DNA of 64,000 nt from NCBI RefSeq assembly GCF_009914755.1, contig NC_060925.1; one strand, 5' to 3'. The notes beneath the pieces were generated by a model, which was not told where the DNA came from, made no database searches, and worked only from the letters and a program-made list of their open reading frames with translations. The translations under genes and the position numbers were made by a program. How positions within the stretch are numbered: the first letter of the stretch is position 1; each line of letters begins with the position of its first letter. Positions 1 to 14,318 of the stretch are shown here, piece by piece. The DNA is from the human T2T-CHM13v2.0 reference genome, Homo sapiens.

Positions 1-177
1 AAGCTAATTGTCAGGCACCTCATAAGTCCTGGCTAACTACATATCCTTTACCTAGCAACTCCATGAAAACCGTATGCCTTTTGGAGAGGGGGTGGTCATG
101 GGGTTCTGGGGGCCAGGAGAGGTTTTCTGCCTTCCCGTGGAGCCTCTGCCAGTGACAGGCTCCCACTCTGTGGGTAG

Positions 178-302
178 GTGAATGTCCCTGAGTTCCAGAA
201 GGATGCCATCCTTGCTGCCATCACAGAGGGCTACCTAGATCGGAGCGTCTTCCATGGGGCTATCATGTCTGTCTTCCCCGTTGTTATGTACTTCTGGAAA
301 AG
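178..302 (+). CDS. RGSL1: RGSL1 internal coding exon (end of an RGS-like domain: VNVPEFQKDAILAAITEGYLDRSVFHGAIMSVFPVVMYFWKR)
   Basis: tag|GTG acceptor, AAG|gtaact donor, open frame, phase-compatible with the next exon. Gene identity from position next to RNASEL/RGS16 and RGS-like helical sequence. Confidence 0.78.
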
Positions 303-1599
303 GTAACTGTTTCTCCTTATTCAGTGACTGTTAGGTCAGGAAAACACACTTAGTTTGGAGAGAGTTTTCTGCCTTCCTCTAGCACTCTGTTTCGTAGTTT
401 CCAGTTTCTAGGGGGAACTAAGATGGTGTTTTCAAAATCCTATTCACCTCACTCCATCCCTCACACAGAACACCAAACACTGAATCCACAGATGGAAGGC
501 AGAGTAAGACTGAGAGCCAAACGCCTGGTTTCCCACCCCTCCTCTTTCTATGCTTGCTTGGAGCAAGAATGTGAGGTTTTCTTAGGCCTGGGTTTCTCAC
601 AAGAAGGTAAGAGTGAACCACAGCCCCTTGGGGAGAAATTCTGTCAAGACTAACACAACTGCTTGTGCTTAAGAAGCTACATGAAGAAAGTAAGCCAGAA
701 GTGTTTTGCTCTGTTATGCCCAAATCCCCAGAATTACCACTGAGGGAGCACAGTTGCTAGATACTCCAATTATCAAGAGGAGCTAGACATTGAAATGTGT
801 ATTTCATCTCTCCCAAGGTTAAAGTGGCAAATATGGCAACTAACAAAACTAAAACATGGTGAAGAAACTGTGAAGGCCAAAAACCAAAAATGAAACAAGC
901 AAAATATATGCAGATATTTTGTGGCCAAATGCAATCTGTGGCCCACTTGTTTCTAACCTGTCCTGTAGAGATTTGGCCTGAGCCGTCCCAGCTGGTTATT
1001 TATTCCTGTGGTCTGCCAGAGTTCCAGCTCATATCTTCCACATGGTGAATGGCAGTGCCTTGGGTGGTAGTGACCAGAGGACACCTGGCTGAAATGTTCC
1101 CAGACAAAGCTAATCAGGACACTTAGATTATCATGTGACTTGGACTCTTAGAAGTTCCCATCTTCCACCAAAAAAAAAAGTTACTTTATTAAAATAGAAG
1201 TGTGAAATTGCTTACCAATCTCTCACCTTTATTTTAAAATCCTTGAGATAATAAACTATTTAATACAGAACCAAGAGAAGTACAAAAATCTAAGTTCAAG
1301 ACAAGCAATTTAACCTTTTGAACATCAAATGTTGTCTAGAACTTAACTCTAGTTCTCCTAGCAAGGACTAAGTAGATATTCACCCAGAGACTTTTGGAGG
1401 GATTGGGAACCTCTGGGAAATATATGCTTCTCTTGAATGAGCCAGTGTTTAGCTGTCTCCCATGTGCTTAGAAAAATGAGACATGCTTTAGGGATTCTTT
1501 GGATTCCTGTTCCTCCTGCAGTTTCTTTACTTACTTTCCTACATACTTACAAAGAAATTTATGTTATGCAAACTGTGTTTACATATATTATCTTAAACG

Positions 1600-1745
1600 A
1601 ACCTCTCCACAACCCTACACAGTGGGTGGGGAGGAGTATTATTATCCCTGTTTTACAGATGAGGAGACTGAGGTTCAGAGTGGTTGAGGGACTTGCCTAG
1701 AATCACTTGGTAAGTGGTAAAACCAGCATTAGAAACCAGGTCTCT
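1600..1745 (-). mobile_element. MIR SINE
   Basis: MIR core: ttttacagatgaggagactgaggttcagag...acttgcctagaatcac. Confidence 0.7.
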
Positions 1746-2577
1746 TGGTCTCTCATCACCATAAATAATGCATGTGCGGCATACTGGGAGGTCCACTGGG
1801 GAAGGAGACCCAGTTCAGCAAGTGAAATGGGAAAAGCCTATTGAGATAGAACAGACTGTCCCTCAAGGAGAGGGGAGGAGGGCAGCAGGCAAAACCACCA
1901 GATCCAAAATGCCATAGAAAATAAATTCAGTCTTAGCCAAGATTGACCTCCAAGGGATCCAATCCAAGGACTGGTTGAAGGTAGGGATAACAAGGGGCTT
2001 GGGGCCAGGAAGGAAGAGATGATGGGGAATATTGCACAGGCTTCTAGAGAACATAAAGGTCATAAAGAGTACATAAATCTGAGTTCACAAGAGAAACCAG
2101 GTCTATTCCAGGGAAGGGCCCGCTGGGAATAGAGTGAGGTGGTCAAGGCTGTCAGTAAGTGGCAGGGTGGAAACTAGGATTAGGACCTGAGCAAAAGCCC
2201 TTCGGACACTCTGGCCATACCAGGTGGGGTTAGATAGGGATGTCAGAGTCTGATGCTGGGGTGCACCCCAGGGGTTAACCTCACCCCAGGCCTCAGGATA
2301 GTAGGCCCTTTACAGGCTCCATTCACTGATGGTTCCAGAAAGAAGCCCCAACAAACTGCCCATGCCAGGCCCGCGCTGGAGCCAGGTCTGGACAAAGAGG
2401 AGGCCTCAGAACAAAGGCCACTGGCAGGTAGAACCCCAAGGCCAGGATGCTTTCCTCTTCTCTGTTGGACACCCACATTCTCTGAGGACTGGCCCGGCCC
2501 TGTTTCCCCTGTGCTCGGTGCTCCAGCCCCCTCCACTGGGGGTTCCCTCCTATGACCAGAAGCCATTCTTCCCACAG

Positions 2578-2687
2578 GTTTTGTTTCTGGAAGGCAACCC
2601 GCTCTTACTTACAGTATAGGGGGAAGAAGTTCAAGGACAGAAAAAGCCCTCCTAAATCTACGGACAAGTATCCTTTCTCGAGTGGAG
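2578..2687 (+). CDS. RGSL1: RGSL1 coding exon (FCFWKATRSYLQYRGKKFKDRKSPPKSTDKYPFSSG)
   Basis: ttcttcccacag| acceptor, GAG|gtaagc donor, phase 2 to 1, lies within ORF 2552-2737. Confidence 0.8.
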
Positions 2688-3234
2688 GTAAGCTCCACCA
2701 CGACTCAGCCCCATTCTCCAGCAACCAAGACTTGTGAAGAGAAAGCAAGGGCCCAAGGGGCCAAATTCAAGACTTCCTTGAGGGTGTTTGCTGGAGCCGG
2801 GACAGCTCATTTACTTGGCCCTCAGGGAGACAGAGCACTCAGGGTAAAGCATGAATTACCTGTCACTAGCAGTGCTAGCAGAGGGTACCTCTCCCTAGCA
2901 ATAACTCCAGGACGCCTCTGTGCATGCCGGTCACAGTCTATGCTGAGGGTACGTGGAGAGGATGATCTGCTTTTCTGCTGCTTAAGAAGCCCCCTGCTCT
3001 ATCTCCATTAAACCCTCCCATTAAGAAAGCATTTATTTTATAGCGTTAAGTGACAACATTAAAAACTGCATATATATAGTTTTAATGTGATAAATGTGTT
3101 TTATACATATATAATTTTTATGAAAGCAGACATATATATGTAAAACAGATATATAAAAGCATACACATATTTACTTATGTAAAAATTCGTAAAAAATAAG
3201 TAAATATGCATACATATATATATACACACACATA

Positions 3235-3886
<652 letters not shown>

Positions 3887-4091
3887 GCAAAAGGGAATTT
3901 TAACAAGGAAGAGGTTGGTGAACAGAGCAGTGGCTGGTGAGGACAAGGCTGGGTGTCTTTCAGGGGAAAGTTCTGAAAACCAAAGAAAACAGGTCTGTGA
4001 ATCTGGGAACAGCATCAGAGAGTCATAATATACAAGCTGTGAGACCTTGAGCATGGTGCTCCCCTCTCTCAGCCTCACATCCCTGATCTCA

Positions 4092-4773
<682 letters not shown>

Positions 4774-4928
4774 TCTCACATGCAAAGATTTAGATTTAGA
4801 TAATGTTTTATCATTAACATTTTGTAATCTAAGTGTGTTAAACAAGAGCTTTATTGCTTACTTAGAGAGATTTATTTCAGTAGGAGTTGTTGCAGGTGTT
4901 TTTAATGCTTGTTTTTGTCCTTCCCCAG

Positions 4929-5015
4929 GAGACAATGCCATCTTAAGGTTCACCTTGCTCAGAGGTATTGAGTGGTTGCAGCCTCAACGGGAAGCAATAA
5001 GTTCAGTTCAAAATT
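4929..5015 (+). CDS. RGSL1: RGSL1 coding exon (GDNAILRFTLLRGIEWLQPQREAISSVQN)
   Basis: tttttgtccttccccag| acceptor, |gtgagt donor, 87 nt, frame preserved. Confidence 0.8.
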
Positions 5016-6100
5016 GTGAGTTGGAATTGGATCCCCACTGATAGTTTGCTACTCAATCAGAGGGGGACTTTAAAACCAGCTTGGCCAATCCCCTTATTGA
5101 AAATAAGGAGACTGAGACCCCCAAAATGTGAAGTAACTTGCTGAAGATCACATAGCTTGTGAGTGGCAGAGAGGAGGTGAAAATTTAGTCTCCTGACCTC
5201 CTTCCATGGCTCTGTGAGCAACTCTCATCTAAATAATCCTGTCTTCTTGGTTTTTGTAACCCCGGGAAGGCAGGTACCTTAAGCTTCTCTATATCTCTGC
5301 TGACTCCTCTTCTCATTTCCAGGCATGACGTATGATGTTTATTAAGAGACTATCACAGTGTCCTAATTGTTACTTCCCCCTCACACTGAGACCAACTGCT
5401 GATTTGAACACACCATTTCATACCTCCTGCTTCCTGGAGGCTCCTGCTATGAATCTCTTCCCTGTCACAAAACCTGCAGTTCTAACCTCGCATACTGAGG
5501 CCATATTATATTCTTTTTCTTCCCCATCTTCAGTCTCAAGGAGTCAACCCCACTCCCACACTCTAACCCTGCCTTTGTTTCCACATAGTCTCTCCTAACA
5601 AACCTTCCCTTTCTATCCCAACTGCCAGCTTCTATTAGGGGAAGAAATTGGAAATACTGCTTTTCTGCTTCTCACAGGCATGAAATGCCAGCATACCTGA
5701 CCTGCCCATTTGTACGTGTTTCCTCATTGCTTCATGGGGGAGGCCACTATGGAACATTGCCTGTGATCCATAGGCTCCAAACAGCCCTAAAGTCTTGTGA
5801 TTCTAGTGTTCATCTGCCCTGATCTCCTATTTTACTTCCCTGGGTCTATGTGATTGACATCATGGCCTTCATGTCCAGATGAAAGGTTTCCTGGGACACA
5901 CACAAACACACAAATTGCAGCATAGAAACCAGGTCTCCTGAATATCCCTGGAACAGGCCTGCTTTACCTTCACTTTCCAACCCCTACATTGGAGGTGTCC
6001 GTGGAAGCCCACCCAGCATGGTCCTCCAGGGTGGAGGCCTTTCAGTGACTGCGTCTATGTCATGAGTCCTGATGCAATTTTTCTCTGTATTTCTCTTTAG

Positions 6101-6167
6101 CTTCATCAAGCAAACTTACTCAGCCAAGACTCGTGGTATCTGCCATGCAGCTGCATCCCGTCCAGGG
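6101..6167 (+). CDS. RGSL1: RGSL1 coding exon (SSSKLTQPRLVVSAMQLHPVQG)
   Basis: tttctctttag| acceptor, GG|gtaggc donor, phase 1 to 2, no stop. Confidence 0.72.
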
Positions 6168-6454
6168 GTAGGCATGAGCTGGAAATCCTCTTCTTCAGTC
6201 CAGAGCTGCTATGTCCAAGCATGCAATAGGAGATGGTATAAACTTTCCAGAGACTAGCCTCATACCCTGCCTCTCCTTGGCATGCAGAACCTAGAAACTG
6301 AGCTTGCTGCCTCTGGTGGGAAGTTAAAGAGGTGTTTCTCTGTGGGGGTCCTTTCTCACCTCCAACTAGGACAGGCACTTTTAAGAAGTTGGAGTCTCTG
6401 ACCCACTTTTCAGTAGAACAATACTGCTGTGGAAGTGTCCCAGATGATCTTTGA

Positions 6455-6850
6455 TTTTTATTTTTCATTTTTATAGATTTAAGGAGTACAAGTGCAGTTT
6501 TGTTACATGGATATATTGGGAGGTAGTGAAGTCTAGGGTTTTAGTGTAGTCATGATCCAAATAGTATACATTGTGCCCATTAGGTAATTTCTCACCCTTA
6601 CCCACCTCCCACTCTCGCACTCTTCCAAGTCTCCAGTGTCTATTATTTCGCGGTCAATGTCCAGGTGTACATATTATTTAGCTCTCACGTGTAACTGAGA
6701 ACATGCAATACTTGACTTTCCATTTCTGAGTTATTTCACTTAAGATAATGGTCTCCAGTTCCATCCATGTTGCTGCAAAAGACATGATTTTATCTTTTTA
6801 TGACTGTTTAGTATTACATTGTGTATATGTATCCTACATTCTCTTTATTC
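6455..6850 (-). mobile_element. L1 (L1MA-like) 3' end fragment
   Basis: Typical L1 3'UTR in antisense (gtgcagttttgttacatgg…ccagttccatccatgttgctgcaaaagacatgatt). Confidence 0.8.
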
Positions 6851-7497
6851 AGATGATCTTTTATTGCCAGCTTCCTAAATATTCCAGGCTGCTCAGGGCA
6901 GGGTGCATAAGGTGGGAAAGAAAGAAGATCTGTTCTTCTGCTTGGCAGGATATTGGCAATAAGAACAGAAGGGACTTGAGTCTGTTAAAATCTGCTTCAG
7001 CCTAACTCACTTCTGCACAAGCTTCCAAGTGAAACTGATGCTAAGTTAGGGCTCTGGGAGAATCCCCAGGGGTCATGAAAACCATAGCTGAGGAGTGCCA
7101 AAGAGTTATTTGAAGGCCAAGGTGGTAGACAGCAGCCTCTGAATGACAGGCTTGGTGTCCTTGCCAGCCAAGTCACTTCTCAGGCCTGTTTCCAGACTTG
7201 TCCTTCCAACAGGGACTTGAAGCTGCCCAGGAATTATTTGCCCGTCCCAGTGCCCAGAAGACAAACCAGATACTTTGAAGCTCTTTACACTGGAAAAGCA
7301 ATGCATGGCTTCAGAGTTTATAAGGCCTTGGGGAAGAAGGTGAGACTAAGAATGTGAGAAGCCCTATTCTGAAGCCTGAAGGTTTCAGTTTTGGCTATTG
7401 CCATTCCTAAAGGAAATGACAGTGACAAACCAACAGAGAATGCAACCTCAATTACTGCATCATAATTGTGATAACTGGCTGTTTTCTCTCCCTTCAG

Positions 7498-7531
7498 ACA
7501 AAAATTATCCTACATCAAAAAAGAGAAGTAA
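7498..7531 (+). CDS. RGSL1: RGSL1 last coding segment (GQKLSYIKKEK*); exon probably continues as UTR to a donor after 7696
   Basis: ttttctctcccttcag| acceptor, in-frame TAA at 7529-7531, TGG|gtaaga donor at 7697. Confidence 0.7.
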
Positions 7532-9526
7532 TCAAGCGAGACCCCCAGCAGAGATAAATCATCTCTTAGAGGCCTCCTAACACTGACAGAAACTTTTCTG
7601 GTCAAAAATGAAAGGTCCTGGTACCATCTTCCCCAGAAACGATCAAGAAGGGCAATGGGTTGACAGCCCAGATATGGCAGGACCAGACTGCAATGGGTAA
7701 GACTTGGGCAGAGCATGAGAGGAAGCGCATCTTTCCACTACAGTGAGTTGGGTCAGGAGACCTGGGCTCTAGGTCTTGCTCCACATCTTCCTGGCTGTGT
7801 GCAAATCCTGGCTCAGGTTGTTAAAGAATCCCATGACAAATGGATGTAAAGATCACTGAAGGCAATCAGGAGCAAGGTGCTATAATTATCAGCAAGGACA
7901 GATGGTGTCTTTTAATGGTAGGATCTCTCATTTAGACAATGACTCACACCCATTGTCTCAGTAAGTCCTCACAACAACCCTGTGGGCAACCATGTCAGAA
8001 TTCATTTATTTTTAAACAGTTAAAGAATCTGACTCACAGAGAAGGTAAGTGACTCTCCTAAGATTACTGGGCAGTAAATGGCAGCATCTGGACTAGAACA
8101 CACCATTTCTGATTTTTTGTCCTGTTCTTGTTCTATGCCAACCTTTTATGTAACTTTTCATGCACAAAAGGAATAGTTCTTCCCGAGAGTTCTGTTCATT
8201 TGCCAACTAGTGGATAAAAAAACTTTAAGGTTTTTGACCTAAAGCCCTAAACTATTGTCATAATTTTAAATGAATAGGCCTATTTTCTCTCCTTTGAGAA
8301 AAAAAAAATCAGAAGTAAAATGAGTCAGAATTTCCTGAACAAGCCCTCCACCTGAGGTAACTGAGGACAGGTTGGCTTGTCATCTCTGTGGGTTACAGAA
8401 TAGGAAAGGACTGGAAAGCTTTTTGGAGAATACTTTCAAATTTCTGGCCAAAGCTTCCTGCTGTGCCGAAGTTTTTTATTTCCCAGACTTTTCACAAGGA
8501 TGAAAAAGGTGATGTTGGAGCAGAACTCATGAACACCTGAGACTCTGAGGTCACCTGGTGGGGCTGTGATTGCAGGAGATCCAGGAAGACTGTGGGCAGA
8601 CATGACTCTAGAGGAGGCTGAAAAAAGGCCAGGTGTGGAGAGCCCCTTGGGCCCCTGGGAGAAGGCCCAGCAAGACAGGAAGGCCTAGACAAAAGGGCAT
8701 GAGTCTTCCCTTCCCTATCAGGGCTAGAGCTTTAGAACAGGACTGCAATTAATAGAATGAAGAGTGGGCATGAAACAGAATCCCAGTTCCTAAAAATCAG
8801 GCAAAAACTAAGGCAAGACCCCAGGTAAGGAATAAAGAAGAGCTCAGTTAGTGGAATTGAGGTAACAGGGAAGCATTTCATCAAAAAAGAACAAGTCACA
8901 AGCCCCAGGCATGAAACTAGAGAGGATGTTAGGCCAGCAACAAGGTGACTGACAAGGATCTAGCAAAATACTAACTCGTGGTCACATACTGAAATACACT
9001 CACATTGGAGTGGGACATGGGTGAACCTGCATGTTGGCAATAGATGGGCCACACTTAAGGAAAAGAAAGGTACTTTTCCTGATCTATTTGAACTTAGATC
9101 TTTGCCCCATCTTCCTATTTCTTAATTATCTTTCTCTCCACATTCACCATGGTTATACTCATGTGTAGGTATGCAAACACACAAACATGTTATTTAAAAG
9201 GATTAATGATACTTATTAGGTCTTCCCTGAGTTGGAAAAAAAAATCTTCTCTTTTGTTAAGTTTTGTTGATTGCTTCTTTCGGTTTCTTACATGCTCCCT
9301 TCAAAGATCCCAGATCTAACATGTTCTAATGCCAGTTAGTCTAGTGTCACTAAGTCAGTCACCTGTAGAATACAGGCAGGGTGTATAAATGAGTAACGCA
9401 GTCCATGAGAGATAAGAAGGAGTGGTAGAGACTGTGGTGAACTGGAGAACGTGTCCCAAAGGGGTCAGAGACAGTCCGCTCAAGCCAGCCAACCTGGTGT
9501 TGCCAGAGCTTCTACTTAGGAATAAA

Positions 9527-9567
9527 AAGAAGGAAGGAAGGAAGGAAGGAAGGAGGGAAGGAAGGAA
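9527..9567 (+). repeat. (GGAA)n microsatellite
   Basis: Directly visible. Confidence 0.9.
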
Positions 9568-9836
9568 AAAAGTGAGAAATTAAAAATGTCTGTAACATTA
9601 CAGTTAAAACAAAACTTAGTTAGGGACAAGACTGACCCACAGCCCAACAAATTGCATTCCTTGCTTTAATATTTTTCTTTGCCCTTGAAATTAGATTTGG
9701 GTCTTGGGTCTAGTTTGAATAAAAAATATGGGAGGGGAGGAAAAGGCGTCCCAACACTAGATCCAGGGGCCACTGCCGTCTAAGGAAAAGGCCAAGAAAG
9801 AGGGACCAGGTAAGGAACCTGGCCTACTTCAGTTCC

Positions 9837-10428
9837 TGTGTTAGTTTCCTTTTGCTACCATAACAAGTTACCAGAAACTTAGTGGCTTAAAACAACACAA
9901 ATTATTATTTTACAAGTCTGTAGGTCAGAAGTCTGACCTGGGACTCAAGCTAACATCAGGGTGTCAGGAAGGCTGTGTTCCCCTCTGGAGGCTGTTGGGG
10001 AGGATCTGTTTCCTGGTTCATTCAGGTTATTGGCAGAATTCAGTCATTGTAGGTACAGGATGGAGGTCTCACTTCCTTCCTGGCTGTCAGCTGAGAGCCG
10101 TTCCCAGTTTCTGAGAAGCCACCTGCATTCCTTGGCTCATGGCCTTCTTCCTCTGTCTTTAAATCCAGCAATGGTGGGTCAAGTCCTGCCCGTTCTTTGA
10201 ATTTCTCCTGCCTCTTCTTCTATCATCACATCTCTCTGGTTCCCTCTTCTGCCTCCCAACTCCCTTTTAAGGGCCCACCCAGACAATCCAGAATAATGTC
10301 TCTGTTTTAAGGTCCTTAGCCTTAATTCCACCCACCAAATTCCTTTTGCTATGTAAGGTCACACATTCACAGATTCTAGAGTTTAGAGCATGGATATCCT
10401 AGGGTGGTCACCAGAAATTCTACCGACC
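9837..10428 (-). mobile_element. MLT1D/E-like MaLR LTR
   Basis: tgtgttagtttcc…aacttagtggcttaaaacaacacaaatt…ggtcagaagtctgac signature. Confidence 0.75.
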
Positions 10429-11752
10429 ATGGTCCTAGACCACCTTCCTTAGAGAAGAATGTATGAACGCACAATCTGGGCCTCTGATGCGATTATTGCC
10501 TCCTAGAGACTTGGGAACACCATTTTTTTCTTTCTCTTGTCATAGCTCTGACTATTCTTTCTGATTCTTCTTCACATTTCTTCTGCTTCTTCCTTAAATA
10601 TCAGTGCCCCCTGTGGCTCTCCTGTTGAACTTACCTTCTTACAACGCACTCTCCCATTTGCTTGAGATCCCTAGCCCCTAGCTTCTCCTCTAATAGGATC
10701 CACTGCAAATTTAATCCATTCTAACAGGATCCACAGCACAAATTTAATGTATCCCAAATCAGTTTTGGCCCCTTTATTTCTTTTCTCCAATCAACCCCAT
10801 CTTCCAAGCTAGAAAACTCAGAATCATCCTCAACTCATTCCTCTGCCTCCCCTCCCATATTTTACATGCAGGAAAGGGAAGTTCTGCCACTCTGCCTTGG
10901 ACATGTCGCTGCTATCCAGACCTTCCTCTCTATCCCACTGGCACTGCTTTTGTCGGGCCCTTGTCCCCATCACTGGCCCTGTGAAGTCACCACATTCCCC
11001 TCTCCACACACACCCAACACACTCTGCTTCATCCCACACACTGAGAACAAATCTGACCTGCTCATTTCCTCAGCGTGAAAGCTTTTATTCCCCTCCTTCA
11101 CCTGGTTGGAAAAGTCTCACTCCTTTGTGGGACATACAAGGCCATTGCTAATATGGCCTCAGTTCAGGTTTCCAGGTTTATCTTTTTCCTCTCTCTATCT
11201 CATACACACCATTCTCCAGCAACTTGGTGATTGCCTAAAGGGCCCTTCCCTTTCTTCTCCATCACACAGACATCACACTGTGATACCTCCTGATTCCCCT
11301 TTCTCCTCTTACACTCTCCTCTTAGTTTCTGAGACACATTTTTTCCTCTCCTTGAGATACTTATTCATGTATGTGTCTCACCTACTAGACTACATGCTTT
11401 TGTAGGGCAGAGACCAAGTCCTATTTTTATTTGTACCTAGAATAGACCAAGAACTATTTTTCACCTTACCTAGCACAGTGACATGCAGATAATAGTTGCC
11501 TCATAAATACATATTGAATGCATGACTAAATGAATTGTGCTGGGTGCTGGAAACGCAGTGGAGAAAACAGAATGTGAAGTTCATGCTTTCACTGACCTTA
11601 TAGTCAGACTGTGCTATTAACAGAAAATCAGTTCAACTATCAATTACAGTTGTGACGACCACCATAAAGAAGAAATAGCAAATGCTATTGTCTTCATGAA
11701 TTTTTCTGTATTCCAATAAATCTTGATGCTTTAAGAACTCTTTGTTTTTTAG

Positions 11753-12075
11753 GAATCTCATACAGCCCATTCAGACTAAAGGGTGATGGAAAGAAGCAGA
11801 GGAAAGCAGAAACAGCAAGAGTGACTGAGACCTGCTGTCATCTATATAGAAGCCTTTCTGATACATGTCAGAGAGTGACATGAAGTCTCCCCTCTTTATA
11901 CACACGTATGAAAATACATCTATCCCTCATTTTGAGAGCCTCCAACTGATCCAAGTGTCATCCGGAGGAGGAGGTGGCCCGTATGTGCAGGACCTCAGGG
12001 TGCCAGCCCTCACCCATACACCTCCAGGGCTGCAGGTCATTAGCCAGAATAAAGGATGTCCACATTCACAATCTG
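11753..12075 (+). other. RGSL1: Probable non-coding terminal exon (3'UTR) of RGSL1
   Basis: ctctttgttttttag|G acceptor at 11752 and AATAAA at 12048-12053. Confidence 0.6.
12048..12053 (+). terminator. RGSL1: Polyadenylation signal AATAAA (RGSL1)
   Basis: Canonical hexamer at the end of the putative last exon. Confidence 0.55.
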
Positions 12076-12644
12076 TGGGCCTGCCATCCTCTTCATAAGT
12101 AAAAGAGCACAGGGAAAATGATAAGTTGCTCCCAAGAGGGCTCCCAAGGTCATTTCCAATCCAAATGATTCGTGGATACAATACTTCTTTTCCCAGATGA
12201 AGATCACAAGCCAGCTAGTCCCACCCAGTGACTTTAACACGTGGGCCCTCCCCCAGCAAACAGAGTCCAGACCAGAAGGCCCTGCACCCTCCGTCAGAGC
12301 TCATGGTTTTCCATGAGACAGTCTTGTTTAAATCCCATCTCTGCTCCTAGCAACTTTGTGATCATCAGCAAATTACTTACCCTCGCTGACTCCCAACACT
12401 ATATGTGAAATGCAGCTGATGATGTCTACCTCATAGGGTTGTTTGAGGACTGACTGCATATAATGTAGTCCAAGAGCACAGCATAAGGCCAGGAACAGAT
12501 GGAGGGTGGGGGACTTTAGTTGCTTTCCCTCCTTCTATCTTTTCCCTAAACTTTCCAGGACATGAAGGAAGTGGTTGGTCAGGAGTGGTATAGTGAATAA
12601 TTTATTCCTGGGAAAACTCTGAATGTATTTCCTCCAAAAAGTTA

Positions 12645-12845
<201 letters not shown>

Positions 12846-13299
12846 TTAATTCCTAACACATACATAGTCCTTTGGAAGATATCTGTGTGTTATATGTTTA
12901 TTATTAATAGGGAGTAATGAGACTTCTTTCCATGCCCTCTACATGCACACCCTGAGTTCCTGACAGATACGTACTTTTAAAATATTAGTGAGCCTTTATT
13001 GCACACTCACTATGTGACAGCAGGGCTAGGAATTATAAGCCTCATTCTATAGGCAAAGTAATGCAGGCAGGAAGATGCCAGCACTACACATCTTGTCAGT
13101 GGCTTCAAAATATGTGACGCTTCCTGGTGTCCCGTGGAGATTCTGTACACAAAGACTCAACAATTTACTTAAATGTCAGAGGAAAATCAGAGAGTCTACA
13201 TGAGTCATTTTTTTTCAAGAATTGTATTTGTGCCGAAATATGGGTTTGGGTAGGTGGAAATGAGAACAGTGGAACAAAAAAAAAAGATTGAAGAGATGT

Positions 13300-13494
13300 A
13301 GGACTGCCAGACTTAGCAGATAAAAATACAGGCACCGGGTTAAATATGAATTTCAGATAAGCAATGAGTACTTTTTTAGCTTAAGTATGCCCAAATATTG
13401 CATGGGACATATTTAACTGATACTAAAAAAGTTATCTGTTGCTTACTTAAAATTCAAATTTAACTGAACAGCCTATGTTTGATCTAGCAACACC
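13300..13494. mobile_element. MER53 palindromic MITE (hAT)
   Basis: Imperfect palindrome gttaaatatgaatttcagataagcaa … ttgcttacttaaaattcaaatttaac around a cccaaatattgcatggg centre. Confidence 0.8.
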
Positions 13495-14129
13495 CCCTGT
13501 TCCCCACCTCCAACCAAAATGGGATGGGCCTGGGAATTTGAACACACAATACTGGGGCTGGGACTGGGGTTGGGGCAGGGTCCCAGCAGGGATGAGAGGA
13601 GCATCTGCTTTGGTGGGGGAATTACTCTTCTCCAGTCCTGCCTCCCGAGGCCCCATCCTGGACTTTCTGAGGGTGAAAGTGAGCTATGAGTGCTGAGTCC
13701 CTGCAGGTGAAGGGAGGAGCAAGGAGAATCCAGAGGGCTACAGAAAGCAGGGAGGGAAGGGGAACCACAAGTCCTCTGGGCACCTTCAGGAGGGGAGAGG
13801 ATGGCTGGGTGTAAAACATCAATTACACTTGGTCTAAATGGGCACTGATGGCCTCATCTGACAAATTCAGTGCCAATGATGGTATTGTTTCTGTGAGATA
13901 TGATGATTCTGCTTCCAGCTACCATCTGTCATAGAAATTTGGAAATTAAACCCATTCATATGCTGCGAACTAGGGACCAGGGACCGGTGTGGTGCCATGG
14001 ATAGTGAGGAAGGATAGAGGCCCCAGGAGAACATAGGAAAGGTCCCAGCAGAAGAGAGATGGCACTCTCTAATTAGGGTAATCTGAGATGGTTTGGTAAA
14101 GGGACAACTTACAAAGGCAGAGGAGAGTG

Positions 14130-14239
14130 CAGGGAGGTTGTGAGGGAAAGTGCAGTACCCAGAGCTAGTTACACAGGGGCTCCAGGGAGGTTGTGAGGGA
14201 AAATGCAGTACCCAGAGCTAGTTACACAGGGGCTCCAGG
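14130..14239. repeat. 53-bp direct tandem duplication (2 copies, 1 mismatch)
   Basis: cagggaggttgtgagggaaa(g/a)tgcagtacccagagctagttacacaggggctc at 14130 and 14183. Confidence 0.95.
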
Positions 14240-14318
14240 ACCAACCCTGGGCTCTGAGGATAGGGCACCTGGTAGCTGCACCCAAGGACAGAATTGGGAA
14301 ATCAGACCTCTTTGCCAG

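Noticed and set aside
14130-14239. CRISPR-like or prokaryotic defence array
   Set aside because: Only two adjacent copies, no spacers; the window is human DNA with no cas or other prokaryotic genes.
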